Assembly: GCA_031270585.1 (NCBI GenBank)
Contig: JAISXK010000130.1
Span: 1-39,612, forward strand
Origin: Clostridiales bacterium
GTDB taxonomy: Bacteria > Bacillota > Clostridia > Christensenellales > CAG-138
Length of the DNA stretch: 39,612 nt
Direction: 5' to 3'
Shown in pieces: positions 34,601 through 39,612 of the stretch. Position 1 is the stretch's first letter; each line of letters opens with the position of its first letter. The position numbers and the translations under genes are program-made. The notes beneath the pieces were generated by a model. The model worked only from the letters and a program-made list of their open reading frames with translations, was not told where the DNA came from and did no database searches.

Positions 34601-35893
34601 ATGAAACTGAATTATAAGCGAACCGCACTGGTGGGCCTGGCGTTCTTTTCCATATGCGCGTTTTGGAATTTGTATGACGGGGTTATTCCGCTGATACTGC
34701 GCGATACATTCCATATGGGCGACGCCATGGCCGGGTTCATCATGTCGCTTGATAATATACTCGCGCTGGTGCTGCTGCCGGTGTTTGGCGCGTTGAGCGA
34801 TAAGGTTGGCAGGCGCATGCCCTTTATATTCTACGGCACGCTGGCCGCCGTGGTATTCATCGTACTGCTGCCTTTTGCCGACCGGCTGGGCAATATCACG
34901 GTATTTTTGATTGCGCTGGGGTTGGTGCTGCTGAGCATGAGCGTATACCGCTCGCCCGCCGTAGCGCTTATGCCCGACGTTACCGAAAAACCCCTGCGCA
35001 GCAAGGGCAACGCCGTAATCAACCTCATGGGGGCGCTGGGCGGCGTGATCGCGCTTGTGGTGCTAAGGGTGCTTGGCGTAGCGAAAGAGGGAGAACGCCA
35101 GGATTACCTGCTGATATTTGCCATTGTCGCGGCGCTGATGCTGGTGAGCGTGCTGGTATTGCGCTTTGCCATCAACGAAAAAAAGCTTGTGCGGCGGATG
35201 CGCGATATCAATTACGGCGTGGATGAAAAGGAAGAGGCGGCGCTGTTGGTGCGGGATGAAACAAAGCAAGTGAGGCTGGCCCCGCCGGTGAAAAAAAGCC
35301 TGCTTTTTATATTGGCCTCTATCGCGCTGTGGTTTATGGGCTATAACGCCGTATACACCGCCTTTACGAAATATGCCACGCAGGTATGGGGGCATAATTT
35401 ATCACAGGCATCCACGTGCTTATTGATAGCCACCGTCGGCGCCGTGGTATCCTACATGCCCATTGGCGCCATATCATCGAGGATAGGCCGCAAAAAAACC
35501 ATATTGATGGGTATCACGCTCCTGGCGCTCTCTTTTGGTTTGGGCGCGTATTTCGCGGCCGAATTCTCCTACGCGTTGTACGGCATATTCGCGCTGGTAG
35601 GCTTTTCCTGGGCGAGCATCAATGTAAACAGCTACCCCATGGTCGTGGAAATCAGCCGCTTTAGCGATATTGGCAAGTACACCGGCTACTATTATACGGT
35701 TTCCATGTCCGCGCAGATATTAACGCCCATACTTTCCGGCTGGCTGCTGGAGAATGTGGGCTACCATACGCTTTTTCCCTATGCGGCCATTATGGTGGCG
35801 CTTTCGTTTGTTACCATGACGTTCGCGCGGCATGGCGATAATAAGCCGCCCAAGCGCTTATCAAAGCTTGAATCGTTCGATGTGGATGATTGA
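34601..35893 (+). CDS. MFS transporter
   Basis: 430 aa with about 12 TM segments. The loop 2-3 motif GALSDKVGRRMPFI is MFS/GPH-like. Confidence 0.82.
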   Translation: MKLNYKRTALVGLAFFSICAFWNLYDGVIPLILRDTFHMGDAMAGFIMSLDNILALVLLPVFGALSDKVGRRMPFIFYGTLAAVVFIVLLPFADRLGNITVFLIALGLVLLSMSVYRSPAVALMPDVTEKPLRSKGNAVINLMGALGGVIALVVLRVLGVAKEGERQDYLLIFAIVAALMLVSVLVLRFAINEKKLVRRMRDINYGVDEKEEAALLVRDETKQVRLAPPVKKSLLFILASIALWFMGYNAVYTAFTKYATQVWGHNLSQASTCLLIATVGAVVSYMPIGAISSRIGRKKTILMGITLLALSFGLGAYFAAEFSYALYGIFALVGFSWASINVNSYPMVVEISRFSDIGKYTGYYYTVSMSAQILTPILSGWLLENVGYHTLFPYAAIMVALSFVTMTFARHGDNKPPKRLSKLESFDVDD

Positions 35894-35953
35894 CGCATAA
35901 AACGATCTGTACGTGCCGTCTTCGTGCCGCCGGGGGCTTGCGGCCAGGCGCCC

Positions 35954-36622
35954 TTACCCTGCCGACATCGTGACGCTTTCGCCTGCCTCCCGGCGGATAA
36001 ACCGCCTGAGTTCTTCATCGTTGGGCAGTGGTGCGCCATGCGAAGGGCATAACAGGCGAAACGGATATGGCAGAAGCGCCAGCAGCGAGCCCTTTAGCCT
36101 CTGCGGCCATTGGTGGGCGGATTCAGGCATGCGCAACGGCTTTGCCGCAGGCGATGATTTGAGCATATCGCCGCAAAACAGTACCCGCCGGTAGAGGAAA
36201 GCGTGATGCCCCGGCGTATGCCCCGGCGTGGGGATGGCCTGCACGCCGCCGGGAAGATCGTATTTTTCCAGCCGGCGCAATCTCGCGGGCGGTCTGGGGC
36301 GCAGCATATGGTGGTATGCCCATTGCGAACCCGGACGCTCTTTATCATGCAACACGTAGGGCAAATCATCCGCGCCGATATACGCCGCCGCGCCGCTGGC
36401 CCTTTGTATTTCGTAGGCGTTGCCGGTATGATCCATATCGTGGTGTGTGAGCAGTATGGCGGTGAGCCTGCCCGCCCCCAGCGTGTCAAGTTCCCGCAGT
36501 ATGGCGCCCGCCATGCCGGGCAGCCCGGTATCAATGAGTATCTTGCAATCCCCATCCTTTATAAGAAATACGTTTGCGTTCGTTGCGGCATCCAACAGAT
36601 ATACGTTTGGCGCGAGTTGCAT
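35954..36622 (-). CDS. MBL-fold metallo-hydrolase
   Basis: LLTHHDMDHTGN (HxHxDH) and a later TPGHTPGH motif. AAAGGAGG lies 10 nt before the ATG. Confidence 0.85.
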   Translation of the reverse strand: MQLAPNVYLLDAATNANVFLIKDGDCKILIDTGLPGMAGAILRELDTLGAGRLTAILLTHHDMDHTGNAYEIQRASGAAAYIGADDLPYVLHDKERPGSQWAYHHMLRPRPPARLRRLEKYDLPGGVQAIPTPGHTPGHHAFLYRRVLFCGDMLKSSPAAKPLRMPESAHQWPQRLKGSLLALLPYPFRLLCPSHGAPLPNDEELRRFIRREAGESVTMSAG

Positions 36623-36679
36623 CGCAGGAAGACCTCCTTTCAGGCCGACGCGTTATTCTTAAACAAGTATAACGATTCG

Positions 36680-36708
36680 AATATAACACACCGGTCTTCC
36701 GCTGTCAA
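36680..36708 (-). promoter_or_regulatory. near-consensus sigma-A promoter of the MBL hydrolase gene
   Basis: The minus strand has TTGACA (36708-36703), a 17-nt spacer, then TATATT (36685-36680). Confidence 0.55.
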
Positions 36709-36715
36709 TCGGATA

Positions 36716-36763
36716 TTGGCGCGAACGGGCGACGCATCGGTTTTGGCGCGAACGGGCGACGCA
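36716..36763. repeat. two perfect 21-bp direct repeats (TTGGCGCGAACGGGCGACGCA), 27-bp period, immediately upstream of the -35
   Basis: Copies at 36716-36736 and 36743-36763, read directly from the sequence. Confidence 0.9.
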
Positions 36764-36806
36764 ATGGGGAGGTAAACGACCGTAAGTAAAAACACGAAAG
36801 CCGTTT

Positions 36807-36844
36807 GAAAAAAACGATAAGAGCCGGCGTCGCCGCCGGCTCTT
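36807..36844 (-). terminator. strong orphan intrinsic terminator (minus-strand orientation)
   Basis: Perfect 11-bp stem AAGAGCCGGCG/CGCCGGCTCTT (36819-36844) with a 4-nt loop. On the minus strand it is followed by AUCGUUUUUUUC. No credible minus-strand CDS lies upstream of it. Confidence 0.6.
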
Positions 36845-37085
36845 TAAAAATCGCTTGCCGTAACAAAAACACACACCTATCCGGGTACTGATACCGGCAT
36901 CTTCTCTATACTATACGATGCCACTATACTTTGCCGTCTGCAAAAGGGGATTGCGAAACTCACTCTTCTATGCGTATACTATAGCACGCCAACACCTTTC
37001 AATCATCAAAAAAGTGTTACAATTTCTATAAGTTATCGGCACGTTTTCATTTTTTTGACGGCATTATGCGTAATAAACTTGAAAA

Positions 37086-37112
37086 ACCGCGCTTTGCGCG
37101 GCGCTTTTTACG
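37086..37112 (+). terminator. short GC hairpin plus T-tract (possibly bidirectional) in the uppP upstream region
   Basis: CCGCGC-ttt-GCGCGG (37086-37100). On the plus strand it is followed by CGCTTTTTACGTTTT; on the minus strand it is followed directly by TTTTTCAAGTTTATT. Confidence 0.35.
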
Positions 37113-37220
37113 TTTTCCAAATAGCGCGTTGGTATAACATCCTCTTCGCGCTCACTTGTATTCCCGCCCCATATCGCATAGAATAAACGGGTAACGAACC
37201 AACGAACGGGAGGGTTCTCC

Positions 37221-38033
37221 ATGAATATTTGGATCGCGTTGCTGCTGGGCCTTGTGCAGGGGGTATGCGAGTTTTTGCCGGTTTCAAGCTCGGGGCACCT
37301 TGTGCTGATGCACAACCTCTTCGGCATAGAAGAAGGGGCGCTGTTTTTTACCATCATGCTGCATGTGGGCACGCTTTTCGCGGTATTCGCCGCGTACTTA
37401 AAAGAGATCGGCAATATGCTGCGCCACCCTTTCCAACGCAAGGTGGGCATGCTGTTCATTGCGCTCATCCCCACCGTGGTGATTGCGCTGTTGTTTCGTG
37501 ATTTTTTCAAGGATGCTTACGGCGGCCGCTGGTTGGGCATAGGTTTTTTGCTTACGGCGGCGCTTTTGATGGCTACCGATAGCAAAAAGCCGCCGCAGCG
37601 TAAAATGAAAGAGATGCGTATACCGCAGGCGGCGTTGATCGGCCTGATGCAGGGCGTTGCCATACTGCCCGGCGTTTCGCGCAGCGGCGCCACCATAGCG
37701 GGCGGCGTGTTCGCAGGCGTCACTAAAAAGGAGGCTGCGGATTTCTCTTTTCTGTTATCCATTCCCGCGATATTGGGTGGCGTGGCGTTTGATCTGCCCG
37801 ATCTTATAAAGGCCGATGCGGCCGGCCTGTCCGGTGTAAACTGGCCGTATGTGCTTGCGGGTATGGCGGTAGCGGCGGTATCGGGCTACTTCGCCATACG
37901 GCTGACGCTGCGCGTGATCAAGAAAAACAAACTGTGGCCGTTTGCCCTTTATACCGCCATACTGGGCGTATTCATATTGATCGACCAATTGTTTATCAAC
38001 CGGTTTTTTGTGAATCCCTTCGCAAAAGCATAG
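37221..38033 (+). CDS. uppP: undecaprenyl-diphosphate phosphatase
   Basis: LGLVQGVCEFLPVSSSGHLVL is the BacA/UppP signature. 270 aa and polytopic. GGGAGGG lies 8 nt before the ATG. Confidence 0.93.
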   Translation: MNIWIALLLGLVQGVCEFLPVSSSGHLVLMHNLFGIEEGALFFTIMLHVGTLFAVFAAYLKEIGNMLRHPFQRKVGMLFIALIPTVVIALLFRDFFKDAYGGRWLGIGFLLTAALLMATDSKKPPQRKMKEMRIPQAALIGLMQGVAILPGVSRSGATIAGGVFAGVTKKEAADFSFLLSIPAILGGVAFDLPDLIKADAAGLSGVNWPYVLAGMAVAAVSGYFAIRLTLRVIKKNKLWPFALYTAILGVFILIDQLFINRFFVNPFAKA

Positions 38034-38081
38034 CGCGCAAGGCGCCGCCGGGATTTAGACGCGCGTGAACGTATACAAACG

Positions 38082-39548
38082 ATGGTAAAACGATATATCA
38101 CAGCCGAATTAAGCGCTTTGGCCCAGGCAGCGGCAGAGCTCGGCGCGGTACTTTACGCGGTGGGCGGTTTGCCGCGCAACGCCTTGATGGGGCTGCCGCC
38201 GGGCGATATCGATATCACGTCAAACATACCCCCGGCCGGGATGCACGCGCTTTGTGCGGCACGCGGCTTGCGTTGTGTGGATGTGGCGGCCGCCTTTGGC
38301 GCGGTGCGCGTCATAGCAAACGGTCAATCCTACGAGCACACCACGTTTCGCAGCGACGAATATGACGCGGGGGGCGGCCACAGGCCGTGCGGCGTGCGCT
38401 TTGGGCGCACTATGGAAGAGGATGCGCGACGCCGCGATTTCACCTGCAACGCGCTCTATTACGATATCGCGCGAAACATACTTTGCGACCCCACGAACAG
38501 GGGCGTTGCGGATATACGCAACAGGCTGGCGCGCGCCACAAGCGATGATCCTTCCATCATTCTGCGCGACGACAGCCTGCGCATACTGCGCCTGGTGCGC
38601 TTTGCCTCCGAACTGGGTTTTGCGATAGAAGAAACCACTTGGCAGGCCGCGCGCGCGTATGTATCGGGTTTATGCGATATCAGTTGGGAGCGCAAGCGCG
38701 ACGAGCTTATAAAAATACTCCTCAGCGATACGCGCTACCCAGGCGCGCAAACCGGGGAAAAAGGGCCTGCGGCCTCATCGGTGCTTGCGGGCCTTACGCG
38801 GCTGTATGAGTTGGGCGCGCTATGCTATATCCTGCCCGCGCTGCTGGAAGGCGCGCATGTGCCCCAACGCCCGCAATACCATAAATATGATGTAATGCGG
38901 CATAACTTTCATGCCTGTGCCGCCGCAAGGCCCACGCTTGCGCTGCGGTTGGCCGCTCTGCTGCACGACGTGGGCAAACCTGCCGCCTTGAAGGAAAAGG
39001 GGCTAAGCCTGACCGATGGCGGGCACGACAGCGCGCCCGTTTTGCTGCCGCGCGGTATGACGCCCATGCTGCGTCACGATACGCTGGGCGCGCAAATCGC
39101 GAAAGAGGCGCTAAGGCGGCTGCGCTTTGAAAACGCGGTAGTGGATGACGCCGTATACCTGATAGCGCATCACATGTATGATCTGAGTTTTTCCGCCAAA
39201 GAGAGCACGCTTCGCGTGCGTTTTGCCACCATGGGGCGTAAATACGCCTATATGCTTTGCGATATACGCGAAGCCGATATACGCGGCAGCGGTTACGCGC
39301 CGGATTTTGTGGCAAGTGGCTGGCGCGGCGTACTGCGCCGTATGGAGCGGGAGGGCGCGCCGTTCTCTATGGAAGAGGTGCGTTGCACCGGCAATGATAT
39401 TATGCAATGGCTCAACCTGCCCCAGGGAAAAGCCGTGGGCGAGGTGAAGCTTGCCATGCTGCGGCACTGCGCCAGGCACCCCGCTGATAACAGGCCCGAG
39501 CGGTTGCAAAAACTCGCGCGCGGCATGCTGCACGATTGCGGGGCATGA
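38082..39548 (+). CDS. cca: CCA tRNA nucleotidyltransferase / poly(A) polymerase family protein with HD domain
   Basis: Nucleotidyltransferase motif GGLPRNALMGLPPGDIDITS, RRDFTCNALYYD, and the C-terminal HD motif LLHDVGKP. Confidence 0.82.
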   Translation: MVKRYITAELSALAQAAAELGAVLYAVGGLPRNALMGLPPGDIDITSNIPPAGMHALCAARGLRCVDVAAAFGAVRVIANGQSYEHTTFRSDEYDAGGGHRPCGVRFGRTMEEDARRRDFTCNALYYDIARNILCDPTNRGVADIRNRLARATSDDPSIILRDDSLRILRLVRFASELGFAIEETTWQAARAYVSGLCDISWERKRDELIKILLSDTRYPGAQTGEKGPAASSVLAGLTRLYELGALCYILPALLEGAHVPQRPQYHKYDVMRHNFHACAAARPTLALRLAALLHDVGKPAALKEKGLSLTDGGHDSAPVLLPRGMTPMLRHDTLGAQIAKEALRRLRFENAVVDDAVYLIAHHMYDLSFSAKESTLRVRFATMGRKYAYMLCDIREADIRGSGYAPDFVASGWRGVLRRMEREGAPFSMEEVRCTGNDIMQWLNLPQGKAVGEVKLAMLRHCARHPADNRPERLQKLARGMLHDCGA

Positions 39549-39612
39549 TTTTTTTGTTACGCGGGGCGTCTTTCCGTTTATAAGTATGGCATGCCCGGTT
39601 TAAGCATCGGGG

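Noticed and set aside
36918-37031. 37-codon plus-strand small ORF (MPLYFAVCKRGLRNSLFYAYTIARQHLSIIKKVLQFL) in the AT-rich island, considered as a possible type I toxin or micropeptide.
   Set aside because: It has no Shine-Dalgarno sequence, is not convincingly hydrophobic or TM-like, and overlaps the putative promoters. Sequence alone gives it no support.
37064-37510. 148-aa minus-strand ORF that might have been the gene ended by the orphan terminator at 36819-36844.
   Set aside because: It is antisense to the strongly supported uppP gene and has no motifs. It also ends about 220 nt before the terminator.

Overview
GC-rich (roughly 55-60% by eye, not computed), densely packed chromosomal segment. 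It looks like a spore-forming Clostridia-type Firmicute; this is inferred from spoIID, a CotH coat-kinase-like gene, the yabM/spoVB-like-yabN-hup synteny, and recurrent extended -10 promoters. I call 33 protein-coding genes, almost all housekeeping. From the left, on the minus strand: a 3'-truncated exported protein, a NatAB-like ABC-2 exporter, ltaE, a RidA protein, an NlpC/P60-like secreted protein, and noc-like parB, rsmG and mnmG. Next come a DUF362/4Fe-4S protein, thiT behind a canonical TPP riboswitch with its terminator, and a MacAB-like tripartite exporter (adaptor, ATPase, FtsX permease). These are followed by lplA, a small hypothetical protein, and an MBL hydrolase. Then comes a fused double-DUF1538 membrane protein overlapping a tandem PII-like protein. 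After that: hup, yabN/mazG, a MOP flippase, a CoA-disulfide reductase-rhodanese fusion, a PHP phosphatase with a repeat-bearing acidic tail, and a GDPD. The right end holds a 1116-aa CotH protein with 4 lamin-tail domains diverging from spoIID, then TetR, FprA, an MFS transporter, a second MBL hydrolase, a ~600-bp AT-richer intergenic island, uppP and cca. I saw no rRNA, tRNA, CRISPR, transposase, integrase or phage genes. I do not see a clear-cut new multi-gene system such as a defence island. The best candidates for under-described biology are: (1) the DUF1538x2 plus tandem-PII module; (2) the 36.6-37.2 kb intergenic island, which has 21-bp direct repeats abutting a consensus promoter, an orphan strong terminator and a possible sRNA or leader; (3) the CotH/LTD giant; and (4) a possibly ArgRS-like protein lacking a catalytic core. 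All family assignments come from motifs read by eye; no searches were run.
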